The notes under the pieces were generated by a model that was not told the DNA's origin, made no database searches, and saw only the letters and a list, made by a program, of their open reading frames with translations. This document shows, one piece after another, positions 40,994-51,086 of a stretch of DNA of 64,000 nucleotides. Both the position numbers and the translations under genes were made by a program. The stretch comes from Chlamydiia bacterium (GTDB taxonomy: Bacteria > Chlamydiota > Chlamydiia > Chlamydiales > Rhabdochlamydiaceae), in assembly GCA_963804085.1 (NCBI GenBank), contig CAWDOQ010000004.1:1-64000 (forward strand), written 5' to 3'. Each line of letters begins with the position of its first letter. Within the stretch, counting starts at the first letter, position 1.

Positions 40994-42902
40994 GCGCCAC
41001 TTCTCTCTTCTCATCACCACCTTTCTCACACTACTCGCGCTTACTATTGCGAGCCAAATGGAGATGTTTGCACTCGGCGTTCTTTCCAACAATGGAGCCG
41101 ACTTCTTCACACTCTTTGCATCAGAAAAACGGGAAGAGGGAGCTGCGCAAAATGCGATCACATTAAAAGAGGTCGAACAAAACTGGGCGCGCATCGATAC
41201 CGAAGACAAGGGCGTGATCACCAAGCAGCAGGCCTCCGCTTACATGGCCCAGCACAAAGAGACCAATCCGCTCAACTGGCTCATGCGCGAGGTAAGGCTC
41301 AAGTTTAATTTGACAGACAACATCAATGCACTTGTAGGCATCCTCGTTTGCGTCGCTATCTTTAAAGCGATCTGGCTCTTTGCAAGCAGATACACCACGC
41401 AGATACTTTCGATCCGTGTCAGTAGAGATTTGCGCCAGCAATACTTTGAACATATCCAGTCGCTTCCGATGAGCTTTTATCAGCAGCATAACATCGGCAG
41501 CCTCTCTTCGCGCGTTGTAGGCGATGCAGGACAGATCGCCACATCTATCAACTCCTGGCTGACCAACTACCTGCAAACACCGTTTACGATTGTCACCTGC
41601 CTCATGATGTGCATCTACCTCTCTTGGCAGCTCTCGTGCGTCATCTTTTTTGGTGTGCCGCTTATCATCATCCCCATTGTTTTTCTTGCGCGCCGAGTAA
41701 AGCGCATTTCGCGCCAGCTCCAGAGCAACCAGGAGCGTTTTGCCTCTGTCTTGATCGACTTTTTGGCAGGTATCCAGACAGTTAAAATTTTTGCGATGGA
41801 GATGTTCGCGCTTAAGAAATACAAAGAGCAGAACGATCGCATGGCAGTCCTGGAGAGCAAGACGGCCAAGTATGGCCTGCTCACACGTCCCATCTTGCAT
41901 GCGATCACAACACTTTGCCTTGCAAGCGTTGTCCTCTTTGGCCTCTATACACTCGGCATGACCGTTTCACAGCTGATCGTCTTTTGCGGCCTTCTACAGC
42001 TCGTCTACGAACCTGTAAAGAAGTTTGCCGACGAGAACGCCAACATCCAAAGAGGAATCGTTGCAGCAGAGCGCATGTTTGAGGTGCTCGATCTAAAGTC
42101 TCATATCGAAGATAAAGATGGCGCCCTGCAGCTCACCAACTTTAATGACAAGATCGAGTTTGAGAACGTCTGGTTCCGCTACGGAGAAGGCGAGTGGGTA
42201 TTAAAAGATGTCAGCTTCACAGTCCGCAAAGGGGAGACGGTAGCAATAGTTGGCCCGACAGGTGCCGGCAAGTCCACAATCGTGCAGCTGCTCCCACGCC
42301 TCTATGACGTGCAAAAAGGGGAGATCCGCATCGATGGCAAGCCACTCAACGCCTACACACAGAAGTCTGTGCGCGAATCGATCGCATTTGTCTCGCAAAA
42401 ACCCTTCCTCTTCTACGACACCGTAGCTGCCAATATCGCCTTTGGCAAAAACTTCACAAAAGAAGAGATTCAAAACGCTGCCAAACGCGCCCATGCAGAT
42501 GAGTTTATTGTTCGCATGCCCCAGCAGTATGACAGCATGCTCGCCGAGGGAGGACAGAACCTATCGGGCGGACAGCAGCAGCGCCTAGCCATCTCACGCG
42601 CCCTTGTCAAAAACGCACCCGTACTTATCTTAGATGAGGCGACCTCCGCTCTCGACTCTCTTAGTGAAAACAGAATCAAAAAAGCGATTGCAGATCTACA
42701 CGGATCTGTCACGCAGATCTTAATTGCCCACCGCCTTGCCACTATCGAGCATGCCGACCGGATCATCTACCTTGAAAGAGGAGAGAAGATCGCTGAAGGC
42801 CCGCGCGATGAGCTTCTCGTCTCCTGCGAAGGCTTCCGCCTGATGTGGGAAGCGTTATATAGGGTAGAAGAGCGCAAGCAGAAGACCCCAGAGCTAGTCT
42901 AA
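40959..42902 (+). CDS. msbA: ABC transporter permease/ATPase (MsbA-like)
   Basis: TM domain, Walker [26 protein letters not shown]; next to accA as in chlamydiae. Confidence 0.85.
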   Translation: MRLLLQAALRSKRHFSLLITTFLTLLALTIASQMEMFALGVLSNNGADFFTLFASEKREEGAAQNAITLKEVEQNWARIDTEDKGVITKQQASAYMAQHKETNPLNWLMREVRLKFNLTDNINALVGILVCVAIFKAIWLFASRYTTQILSIRVSRDLRQQYFEHIQSLPMSFYQQHNIGSLSSRVVGDAGQIATSINSWLTNYLQTPFTIVTCLMMCIYLSWQLSCVIFFGVPLIIIPIVFLARRVKRISRQLQSNQERFASVLIDFLAGIQTVKIFAMEMFALKKYKEQNDRMAVLESKTAKYGLLTRPILHAITTLCLASVVLFGLYTLGMTVSQLIVFCGLLQLVYEPVKKFADENANIQRGIVAAERMFEVLDLKSHIEDKDGALQLTNFNDKIEFENVWFRYGEGEWVLKDVSFTVRKGETVAIVGPTGAGKSTIVQLLPRLYDVQKGEIRIDGKPLNAYTQKSVRESIAFVSQKPFLFYDTVAANIAFGKNFTKEEIQNAAKRAHADEFIVRMPQQYDSMLAEGGQNLSGGQQQRLAISRALVKNAPVLILDEATSALDSLSENRIKKAIADLHGSVTQILIAHRLATIEHADRIIYLERGEKIAEGPRDELLVSCEGFRLMWEALYRVEERKQKTPELV

Positions 42903-42934
42903 CCTTATAAGAAAAATTTTCTTATTATCCAAAA

Positions 42935-43046
42935 AAGAAACGAAACCTAAAGGACCAAAGGGACCTTAACGACATAAGAGACACAAGAACAATGGGTTGC
43001 GTCCTTTTGGTCCCTTAGGTCCTTTACGTCCTTTTGGTCGTTTCTT
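42935..43046. repeat. Hairpin element family E copy 1 (GGAC/GTCC 9-bp period)
   Basis: aagaaacga..(aaggacc)n..acaatgggttgc..(gtccttttg)n..tcgtttctt. Confidence 0.85.
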
Positions 43047-43075
43047 AATTGCCTGTATGCTATAATTTCCGCCCT

Positions 43076-44581
43076 ATGACAACCGTAAATCTCTCTACAA
43101 CAGCCTCCACCATCGCCCCAGGTGTCCCAGAACCCTCATGCAGCGACTATCTGCTCGAGAAGATCGCAGATGTTTGGGAGGCGATCTATGTTTGGATTGC
43201 AGCGTTCTTTTCGACCCCGGCCGCTACCCCGGCTCCCGCACCCACCTTCAGCAACTTGCCTCTTCCGCTTCGGGGCAGGATTGTAAACTTTAACGATGCT
43301 AAAAATAATGCGCTAACTATCGCGCTTGTCAGCCCCTCATTTTATCAGGTGTACAAGAAATGGCTAAGTGTGGTGACGCCCGATATGCATGCGCAAGGCT
43401 CGCATGCGTTCTTTAAGTTTTATGAAAAGGCATTTTCACATCAAGAGACTCCAGTGCTCCCTCAAAAACTGCTAAAAACCCTTAATCTGGCCCCCTTAAG
43501 CCTAGAGAGATTTAGAGAGAAGATCACCAAACTTGATATTCGTGGTGACAACCTGTTTTTTCACCACACTACAGATTGGCAACTTTTTGCTTCTCCTCAT
43601 CCGGCATTACAAGAGCTGACCTTGCGCTTTATAGATTCCAGTTTCACATCCGAAAACCACAAGCAATTTGTTCAAAACGTCGTAAAAAATTGCCCGGAAA
43701 TTCGCAGGTTAGAGATGTATAATGTGCATGATCAAGAGATGAGCGAGTTGATCACGGGTCTCCAGAAATTGCAAACGGTGGATATTTCTACCGACGACCC
43801 AGTTCTGCCGCCTACCCAAGCTGCACTATCGAAACATCCCAAGCTCATGAGTGTGGAGTTTTCCTACTGGAGTGGTCATGCAGTCTTGGAAATCGAAAAG
43901 ATTCCTCATGTGGATAGCCTTAGATTACTAAATACCCATACCCGTGCAGGGCTAACAGCAGTAGATGACTTAGCTGTCTGCTATCTGCATCAAAAAGCTA
44001 AAGTGCCTCTTGAATCTTTAGAGCTGATCCGTTGTTACCAGATCAAAGATATTGATGATCTGTTCAACTTCCCACGCCTACGTTCGCTCAATATTCACGA
44101 ATGTCCGAATATAGGGGCCACTGCGTTTCGGGGAGCCCAATTACCCGAACTAAGAGAGCTCTCTCTCTATAGTAGTTCCCTGAAAGGCCTACTAGAACCC
44201 ATTTCCACTTTCCCTAAGTTGGAGAAGTTGAGTTTACATTCTTGTAGAGATGATACACGAGAGGAGCTCGCTCCTCTGGGTCGGTGCATAGGATTGAAAG
44301 AGTTTACATGGTCGACATGGGTTTCATGGCTTCGATTTGTCCACCTAAGCCTTCCTCTTGAAAATTGCACGCTTCTGGAAAGGGTCAAGCTCTCGAAAGT
44401 ACAGATGGCAAAAGGCTACGGTACGGAAGACCTTGTAGCGTTTACTCAAAAGCTACCCCACTTAAAAGAGCTAGACCTCAGCGAATCTAACGGCCAGATC
44501 GACAAAGAGACAGTGAAAAGCGCCGCCGAGAGTAGACGCATTCCCTTTCAATACCGGCTGCCAGCCAAAGAGAAACCATGA
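43076..44581 (+). CDS. F-box-like/LRR protein, candidate effector
   Basis: FSNLPLPLRGRIVNF..LVSPSFY F-box-like segment; LRSLNI/LRELSL/LEKLSL repeats. Confidence 0.8.
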   Translation: MTTVNLSTTASTIAPGVPEPSCSDYLLEKIADVWEAIYVWIAAFFSTPAATPAPAPTFSNLPLPLRGRIVNFNDAKNNALTIALVSPSFYQVYKKWLSVVTPDMHAQGSHAFFKFYEKAFSHQETPVLPQKLLKTLNLAPLSLERFREKITKLDIRGDNLFFHHTTDWQLFASPHPALQELTLRFIDSSFTSENHKQFVQNVVKNCPEIRRLEMYNVHDQEMSELITGLQKLQTVDISTDDPVLPPTQAALSKHPKLMSVEFSYWSGHAVLEIEKIPHVDSLRLLNTHTRAGLTAVDDLAVCYLHQKAKVPLESLELIRCYQIKDIDDLFNFPRLRSLNIHECPNIGATAFRGAQLPELRELSLYSSSLKGLLEPISTFPKLEKLSLHSCRDDTREELAPLGRCIGLKEFTWSTWVSWLRFVHLSLPLENCTLLERVKLSKVQMAKGYGTEDLVAFTQKLPHLKELDLSESNGQIDKETVKSAAESRRIPFQYRLPAKEKP

Positions 44582-45480
44582 CAAGTGTAACTCTTGCACC
44601 CGCACTCCGTCCTGAATCGCTTCGGTCTCGGCTTGAAAATTTAAACATGCGTCTTGCGCTTCATATCTTCACTTTTTGCTCGCCGTCTGATGCTGTGCAA
44701 GCAGGCAAAGTGGACCGCTATTTTTACCGTGTCTACAAGCAGTGGCTGCACAACATGCGTCCGGATGAACGGGGCTCTATCTGTCAGGAGTATCTGGATT
44801 TTTACATGAGAGCGGTGGGACAGCGGAGAAAAAGACCTCCCGTTCTAGATCGATTAACAGAATGCTGTTCTCTTACCCCGCTTAGCAGAAATAATCTGCT
44901 CTCTCGCGTTACCTCTCTTGCTTTGAACTGTACGGAGAAGTTTCATAACCGCTTGCAAGAAAAATTATTTCCGGCTGACTACCAAAAAACGATTTACGGG
45001 TTCAAAGATCTGGAGGTTACGGCTCTCTCCTTGCATTTGCACTCTTCTGAGATGCTCTTCGCCCAGCAGCGCTTTTTCGCAGGAGATCTAACAGTTAATT
45101 GTCCTAAGCTCACCACTCTTTCTATCGAAACTGCAAGCGTGACTCAATTGGAGCTGGTGCTAAGCAGCTTGCCTAATTTTAAATCTCTACAAGTAGTAGT
45201 TTTGAAAGCTGAGAGAACCTGGAAAAAGTCTCTTTTTGCTCCACTTGCGCGCTGTCCCGACCTCAGACAACTTAAACTTGAAGGTATTCAGCTGAATGCA
45301 GTTGCCATCCGCGAGCTCTTTGCTCTTATCCAAAAGAGCGTCAAGCATGTCGACATCCAACATTGCAAAGGCCCAGTGGACAAAGCAGCGATCCAAGAAG
45401 GAAGACTCACGCGCACAGCCTCTTTCGTCATCCGTATCCCGGGTGTTAGAGTTTGCCGAGCTTTTCGAAGGCGGCTTTGA
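44578..45480 (+). CDS. F-box-like/LRR-like protein
   Basis: LENLNMRLALHIFTFC..VDRYFYRVYKQW; CPKLTTLSI; CPDLRQLKL. Confidence 0.75.
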   Translation: MTSVTLAPALRPESLRSRLENLNMRLALHIFTFCSPSDAVQAGKVDRYFYRVYKQWLHNMRPDERGSICQEYLDFYMRAVGQRRKRPPVLDRLTECCSLTPLSRNNLLSRVTSLALNCTEKFHNRLQEKLFPADYQKTIYGFKDLEVTALSLHLHSSEMLFAQQRFFAGDLTVNCPKLTTLSIETASVTQLELVLSSLPNFKSLQVVVLKAERTWKKSLFAPLARCPDLRQLKLEGIQLNAVAIRELFALIQKSVKHVDIQHCKGPVDKAAIQEGRLTRTASFVIRIPGVRVCRAFRRRL

Positions 45481-46138
45481 GATCTTTGTTGTCGGGCTTG
45501 TCGAAGGCGCCGGAGGATTTGAGCCACGCGATATAGTCGCTAGGCACGCTCTCAAGGGCCTTGCCTTGGTGTTTGCCAAAGGGCATGCGGCCCACTTTGG
45601 TTGGTGCTGTAAGTAGTTCTAACACCTGCTCCATAGAAAGATCGTCGATCATCTGAGAGAAGACCTCTTTAAGAACGATCACATCATCCAAGGCTCTATG
45701 TGCTTGATTGGCAGGGATGCCATACACTTCGCGCAGCGTTTGGAGCGTGTGTCTCGGAAGATCGCTTCTATACTTTCTTGCCCACTTGAGCGAGTCTGCA
45801 AAGAGCCACGAGGGCATCTGCACTCCGCATCTTTTATATTCCGCTTCTAAAAAGAGCTTATCGAAGGCGTCATTGTTGTGTGCGACAAGCACTGTATCCG
45901 TTTGGCAAAACTCGATGAATGCACGGCCTACCTCTTCCCAAGAGGCGGCATCTTTTACCATCTCATCTGTTATCTGGTGGATCGCGGTTGCCTCGGGCGG
46001 AATCGGTATTCCGGGATTGACGAGGCAAACAAAAGTGCGATCGAGCATCGGGTCGAAGGCAGCAATCTCGATGATTCTGTCCGAGCCTGCTCTCACGCCG
46101 GTAGTTTCTGTGTCGTAATAAATTGGGCGAAGTGGCAT
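45446..46138 (-). CDS. dnaQ: DEDDh 3'-5' exonuclease (DNA polymerase III epsilon-like) with C-terminal MPFGKH domain
   Basis: YDTETTG, AHNNDAFD, HRALDD, MPFGKHQG. Confidence 0.88.
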   Translation of the reverse strand: MPLRPIYYDTETTGVRAGSDRIIEIAAFDPMLDRTFVCLVNPGIPIPPEATAIHQITDEMVKDAASWEEVGRAFIEFCQTDTVLVAHNNDAFDKLFLEAEYKRCGVQMPSWLFADSLKWARKYRSDLPRHTLQTLREVYGIPANQAHRALDDVIVLKEVFSQMIDDLSMEQVLELLTAPTKVGRMPFGKHQGKALESVPSDYIAWLKSSGAFDKPDNKDLKAAFEKLGKL

Positions 46139-46152
46139 AAATTACAGGTTAT

Positions 46153-46707
46153 ATGATGAACCTATTTCGCGCCGTAGTTTTTCTTACAGCCCTTGTAACC
46201 ACATGTGATGTCAGCCGCATAAATGCGACTGCACAAGTCTATTTTAGTCCCGATGATCACATCGCAGATCATCTTCTTGCGTTAATCGATAAGGAGAGTA
46301 CGAGCATCCGTGTGGCCATCTATGGATTTACCCACTACAAGATCGGAACAGCTCTTATCAACGCCAAAAAGCGGGGAGTCGCGGTCGAAGTTCTAGTCGA
46401 TCCCTTTTCTTTGGGTGGACGTTCGCCGATAAAGCGCTTAGTGGATGCGGGGATCTCCGTGCACGTCTTTAGTCCTAAAAATAAAGCTGAGGGCAAGCAC
46501 CCGCTTTTACACGATAAGTTTTGCATCTTTGGCGACACTCTTGTATGGACCGGCTCGTTCAACTTCACCTATTCTGCCGACACGCAGCATCAGGAAAATG
46601 TGGTGCTTCTCGATGAGAAAGAGTTAATAGAAAAGTTTATAAAACAGTTTGCCTCTATCAAAAAAAGAGACTGTGTCTCCTACGCGACCTATATTAAAAA
46701 GCACTAA
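46153..46707 (+). CDS. Phospholipase D-like (Nuc) endonuclease, secreted
   Basis: YFSP and LHDKFCIFG..WTGSFNFT..N single HxK motif; signal peptide. Confidence 0.85.
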   Translation: MMNLFRAVVFLTALVTTCDVSRINATAQVYFSPDDHIADHLLALIDKESTSIRVAIYGFTHYKIGTALINAKKRGVAVEVLVDPFSLGGRSPIKRLVDAGISVHVFSPKNKAEGKHPLLHDKFCIFGDTLVWTGSFNFTYSADTQHQENVVLLDEKELIEKFIKQFASIKKRDCVSYATYIKKH

Positions 46708-46726
46708 TAGGCTATAGTTACTGCTT

Positions 46727-46887
46727 ATGAAAACATTATTTTGCTCACTATTGATCATTCTACTCGGCGGATTGCAAGCTGCTACCAAGCCCATTCGGAT
46801 GATGGTTTGAGAACTGTGCCTACGACCAATAATCCCAACGTGATTCATGATAGCAAGCGCTCGGGGATTCCAGGCAGTGCGTTCTAG
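46727..46887 (+). CDS. Small lipoprotein with one frameshift (not in the ORF track)
   Basis: MKTLFCSLLIILLGG, then shifted frame IASCYQAHSDDGLRTVPTTNNPNVIHDSKRSGIPGSAF*. Confidence 0.45.
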
Positions 46888-46903
46888 AGTCTGAACAATT
46901 TCC

Positions 46904-47335
46904 ATGAAGAATTTATCTACCACCCGCTCCGCAAGCTCGCTCGAGAGCACAGAGGCCACAGAGGAAGAAAGATATTCTATCACAGGAATGATTATCGGGG
47001 CTGCGATCGAAGTGCATCGCGCATTGGGACCGGGCCTTCTCGAATCAGCCTACGAAGCCTGTTTGATTTATGAATTGTAACTACGCAAGTGCAGGGTAGA
47101 GTCACAAAAAGCTATTCCTGTCATTTACAAAGACGTGATGCTTCATTGTGGCTATCGAGCAGATCTCATTGTCAATAATCAGGTCATTGTCGAAATCAAA
47201 TCTGTCAATAGCCTTACCTCTATCCATGAATCTCAGTTGTTGTCCTATCTTAAATTGTCCGAATGCAAAATTGGATTGTTGATTAATTTTAATGTGACCT
47301 TCCTGAAGGAAGGAATACGTCGCATGAAATCTTAA
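46904..47335 (+). pseudogene. GxxExxY protein (PD-(D/E)XK nuclease-like), in-frame TAA at 47078-47080
   Basis: [52 protein letters not shown]. Confidence 0.9.
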
Positions 47336-47404
47336 TTTTTTTCTTTTTTAATTTCTTGCTCTGTGGCCTCTGTGCTCTCTAGCGAGCTTGCGGAGCGGGT
47401 GGTA
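46918..47404. mobile_element. 487-bp element with 53-bp terminal inverted repeats enclosing the GxxExxY gene
   Basis: 46918-46970 versus reverse complement of 47352-47404: 51/53 identical. Confidence 0.7.
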
Positions 47405-47536
47405 AAATATCTTCTGCATCTATTTCCACGTAGTGTCGCTCTCTTATGCTCTAAATTTTTTTTTTGCGCGCTGCTGCTGTTCAGACTCTCTTAAAGGATT
47501 GATTAATTTGATTTTCTGGGTTAATTTAAAGGGACA

Positions 47537-48628
47537 ATGACAAAAGCTAAACCTGTCGAGTACCATTTTTTTTCGCACGATGTGGAAAAGGTTCTCAAGT
47601 CTCTAGGAAAGTCGCAGCTGATTAAAATTTTGAAGTCGATGCTGCTGATCCGCAATTTCGAGATTCGTGCAGAAGCTGCCTATCAGCAGGGTAAAATCGG
47701 CGGCTTTTTCCACTCTTACATGGGACAAGAAGCGGTTCAAACAGCAGCTCTTCAAGCGATGGGAAAGGAGCAGTGGTGGACCACATCGTATCGTTGCCAC
47801 GCACTCGCACTCCTTTTAGGTGCAACTCCCAACGAACTCATGGCTGAGCTTTACGGCAAGACGACCGGCAATGCAAAAGGGCGCGGCGGCTCCATGCACT
47901 TTTTTACCGACCGCATGCTGGGCGGCTTTGGCATTGTGGGCGGTCAGATTCCAATTGGAACAGGTGCAGGTTTTTCCATAAAATACGCCAAAGAAGTGAA
48001 GTTAAAAAAGCCACTTCCTCCTTGCGAGGTCTCCGTCACTTTTTTAGGAGATGGGGCAGTGGCACAAGGCGCCTTTCACGAATCTCTCAACATGGCAGCT
48101 CTTTGGAATCTTCCTTGCATCTACGTGATCGAGAACAATGAGTGGGGGATGGGGACGCATGTGGGTCGCGCCATTAGCGTACAGCCGATCGCCGAGAAAA
48201 AAGCTGCAAGTTTTGGGATGCAAAGCTACACGTTCGACGGGATGGATTTTTTTAATTGCTACGGCGGCTTTTTGCATGTCTTTGAAGAGGTAAAACGCAC
48301 ATCGAAGCCCGTTCTTATCGAAGTGGTGACGGAGAGATTCCGCGGCCACTCTATTTCTGATCCTGCGCTCTACCGGTCCAAAGAGGAGCTGCAAGAGTGC
48401 ATGGAGCGCGATCCTCTTACCATCTTTTTTAAAGTGCTCTCCACCTATGGCATGATGACGATGGAAGAGTATTATGCGTTCGACAAAGCGGAGAAAGATA
48501 TTGTACTCGCCGCAATGAAGTATGCAGAAGAGTCTGCCTGGCCCAATCCGGCAGAACTTGAAGAGGGTGTCTTTGCTCCGGATGAAGAAACAGCTACAGG
48601 AGGGACGAATGCCTCTGCAGCTCGTTGA
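47537..48628 (+). CDS. pdhA: Pyruvate dehydrogenase E1 alpha
   Basis: GFFHSYMGQEA, GRGGSMH, GDGA..N, RFRGHSISDP. Confidence 0.96.
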   Translation: MTKAKPVEYHFFSHDVEKVLKSLGKSQLIKILKSMLLIRNFEIRAEAAYQQGKIGGFFHSYMGQEAVQTAALQAMGKEQWWTTSYRCHALALLLGATPNELMAELYGKTTGNAKGRGGSMHFFTDRMLGGFGIVGGQIPIGTGAGFSIKYAKEVKLKKPLPPCEVSVTFLGDGAVAQGAFHESLNMAALWNLPCIYVIENNEWGMGTHVGRAISVQPIAEKKAASFGMQSYTFDGMDFFNCYGGFLHVFEEVKRTSKPVLIEVVTERFRGHSISDPALYRSKEELQECMERDPLTIFFKVLSTYGMMTMEEYYAFDKAEKDIVLAAMKYAEESAWPNPAELEEGVFAPDEETATGGTNASAAR

Positions 48629-49589
48629 AATACGCGAAGCGCTACGTCAAGCGATCGATGAGGAGATGGAGCGTGATCCTGCTGTCTTCATCATGGGTGA
48701 AGAGGTGGCCGAGTACAATGGCGCCTACAAAGTGAGCAAAGGTATGCTCGCCAAATGGGGAGCAAGTCGCGTAATCGACACGCCGATCTCAGAGCTTGGT
48801 TTTGCAGGCTTAGCTGTAGGCGCTGCGATGACTGGTTTAAGACCTGTTGTCGAATTTATGAGCTTTAACTTCTCTTTTGTGGGAGCCGATCAGATCATCT
48901 CCAATGCGATTAAAATGTATTACATGTCGGGCGGAAGATACTCGGTGCCGATCGTTTTCCGCGGGCCGAATGGTGCCGCAGCACAAGTCTCCTCGCAACA
49001 CTCTCACTGTGTCGAAGCCATCTATGGCAACCTTCCCGGTCTGATTATTATCGCCCCGAGCAACGCTTATGACGCTAAGGGTCTTTTAAAATCGGCGATT
49101 CGCAACAACAATCCGGTTCTCTTCTTAGAAAATGAGCTAGCCTATGGCGATAAGATGGAGATCCCGACCGAAGAGTATCTCGTCCCCATCGGAAAAGCCA
49201 AAGTGGTGAGCCATGGGCAAAATGTCACTCTTGTCACGCATAGCCGTATGGTCAACTTGTGTAAACAGGTGGTCACGGAGTTTGCAAAAGAGGGGATAAC
49301 GGTAGAGCTAATCGACTTAAGAACGATCAAGCCGCTAGACATCGCCACCATCTCCGACTCTGTGCGTAAAACCCACCGCTGCGTACTTGTCGAAGAGGGA
49401 CATGTTTTTACAGGGATTTGCGCAGAGGTCGCCTTTCAGATTCAGGAGCGCTGCTTTGATTTTCTCGACGCACAGATTATTCGCGTCGCGCAAAGAGAGA
49501 CACCGATGCCCTACTCCAAGATGCTGGAAAAAGAGACGATGCCAACCAAAGAACGGATCATGGAAGCCATTTACGAGGTCTTAAGCTAA
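48609..49589 (+). CDS. pdhB: Pyruvate dehydrogenase E1 beta
   Basis: GEEVAEYNGAYKV, DTPISE, QHSH; ATG 48609. Confidence 0.96.
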   Translation: MPLQLVEIREALRQAIDEEMERDPAVFIMGEEVAEYNGAYKVSKGMLAKWGASRVIDTPISELGFAGLAVGAAMTGLRPVVEFMSFNFSFVGADQIISNAIKMYYMSGGRYSVPIVFRGPNGAAAQVSSQHSHCVEAIYGNLPGLIIIAPSNAYDAKGLLKSAIRNNNPVLFLENELAYGDKMEIPTEEYLVPIGKAKVVSHGQNVTLVTHSRMVNLCKQVVTEFAKEGITVELIDLRTIKPLDIATISDSVRKTHRCVLVEEGHVFTGICAEVAFQIQERCFDFLDAQIIRVAQRETPMPYSKMLEKETMPTKERIMEAIYEVLS

Positions 49590-50875
49590 TGCCATTCACA
49601 CTCACCATGCCAAAACTCTCTCCTACGATGGAGACGGGCACTATCACCAAGTGGCGCAAGAAGGTGGGCGACCATGTTAAAGCTGGAGATGTTCTTTTTG
49701 AAGTCGCAACCGACAAGGCCACGGTAGAGTACAATGTTTTAGATGATGGCTGGCTCCGACAAATTCTCATAAAAGAGGGACAAGAGGCGATCGTAAATCA
49801 ACCCGTCGCCATCTTCACCGAATCAACAGCCGAGAGCATCGAAGGATACAAGCCAGAAGGCGTTGCACCGCAAGAAAAAGCAGCACCTATACCCACGCCT
49901 ACAGAGAAACCAAAAGAGGCGCCTGCAAAAGCCGCTCCTGTTTCCGCACAGCCTCAATTCACTCCCGAGCCGCCGCTAAAGAGCTACTCTTTTGAATCGC
50001 CCCGCGAATTGCCAAGAGAACACATCTTCACCTCGCCCTTAGCGCGCAAGCTTGCACAAGAGCGTGGCATCGATCTTTCAACTGTCAAAGGCACAGGACC
50101 CAACGGACGCATCACAAGCCGCGATCTCGATCTTGGCCAGCCGGCACAGCCCGTCACATTTGGAAGAAGAGAGGAGCCTCGCCTTGCACCCGGCAGCTTC
50201 GAAGAGGAGCCCCTCACACCGATGCGCAAGATCATCGCCCAAAGGCTTCAAGAGTCAAAGAGCTTTGTTCCTCATTTCTACGTCTCGCAAGATGTGGACG
50301 CAGGTCCACTCGTCTCCACACGCGAGCAGCTCAAAAATGGGGGGCTAAGAGTCACCTACAACGACTTTGTCGTGCGCGCCTGTGCTCTCGCATTAAGAGA
50401 GCATCCGCATGTGAACAGCGGCTTTAATAGCGCCACCTTTCAGATCATACGCTTCAAAACAATCGATATCTCGATTGCCGTCACAGTGGAAGCCGGACTT
50501 ATTACCCCGATTGTGCGCCATGCAGATTATAAGAATTTAGGAGAGATCTCCGCTCAGATCAAGAGCTTGGCCGAACGCGGACGAGCCGGAAAACTTGCGC
50601 GCGAAGAGTATATGGGCGGCTCCTTCACCATCTCCAATCTCGGCATGTTCGGCATCACCGATTTTGTAGCTGTGATCAACCCGCCGCAAGCAGCCATTCT
50701 TGCAGTCGGCGGTGTAGAAGATAAGCCTGTCGTGAAAAATGGTGTGGTAGTGGCTGGCAAGACTTTGCGCCTCACACTCTCATCGGATCATCGCGTCATC
50801 GACGGCGAGGCCGCCGCTAAATTCCTGAAGTCGGTTCAGAAGCTCCTCGAGAACCCCTCACTTTTATTACTCTAA
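49589..50875 (+). CDS. pdhC: Pyruvate dehydrogenase E2 dihydrolipoamide acetyltransferase
   Basis: Lipoyl TDKA, SPLARKLA..GTGPNGRI, DHRVIDG. Confidence 0.96.
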   Translation: MPFTLTMPKLSPTMETGTITKWRKKVGDHVKAGDVLFEVATDKATVEYNVLDDGWLRQILIKEGQEAIVNQPVAIFTESTAESIEGYKPEGVAPQEKAAPIPTPTEKPKEAPAKAAPVSAQPQFTPEPPLKSYSFESPRELPREHIFTSPLARKLAQERGIDLSTVKGTGPNGRITSRDLDLGQPAQPVTFGRREEPRLAPGSFEEEPLTPMRKIIAQRLQESKSFVPHFYVSQDVDAGPLVSTREQLKNGGLRVTYNDFVVRACALALREHPHVNSGFNSATFQIIRFKTIDISIAVTVEAGLITPIVRHADYKNLGEISAQIKSLAERGRAGKLAREEYMGGSFTISNLGMFGITDFVAVINPPQAAILAVGGVEDKPVVKNGVVVAGKTLRLTLSSDHRVIDGEAAAKFLKSVQKLLENPSLLLL

Positions 50876-50877
50876 TT

Positions 50878-50988
50878 TGGAGTGCGGCGACTCGTCGCCG
50901 CTTTGACAGACAGCGACTTGTCGCTGCTCTTCCAAGACATCGCGACAAGTCGCGATGGAGAAAAGCTGCGACAAGTCGCAGCACTCCA
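50878..50988. repeat. REP-like composite element (family F): four GCGAC-NN-GTCGC hairpins inside TGGAGTGC/GCACTCCA ends
   Basis: tggagtgcggcgactcgtcgccgctt...aagctgcgacaagtcgcagcactcca. Confidence 0.85.
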
Positions 50989-51013
50989 TACCCGGAATCG
51001 CTTAATCGATTAG

Positions 51014-51086
51014 CGGCGAGGCCGCCGCTAAATTCCTGAAGTCGGTCCAGAAGCTCCTCGAGAACCCCTCGCTCCTCTTGCTCTAG
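51014..51086 (+). repeat. Second copy of the last 73 bp of pdhC
   Basis: 66/73 identical to 50803-50875; all 7 differences are synonymous. Confidence 0.92.

Noticed and set aside
41180-41240. EF-hand-like loop (DTEDKGVIT) in the MsbA-like protein
   Set aside because: Single degenerate loop; not enough evidence for calcium binding.
45446-47404. Three adjacent nucleases (DEDDh, PLD, GxxExxY) as a defence operon
   Set aside because: Orientation is divergent, dnaQ is a core gene in this region, and GxxExxY is a separately bounded insertion.
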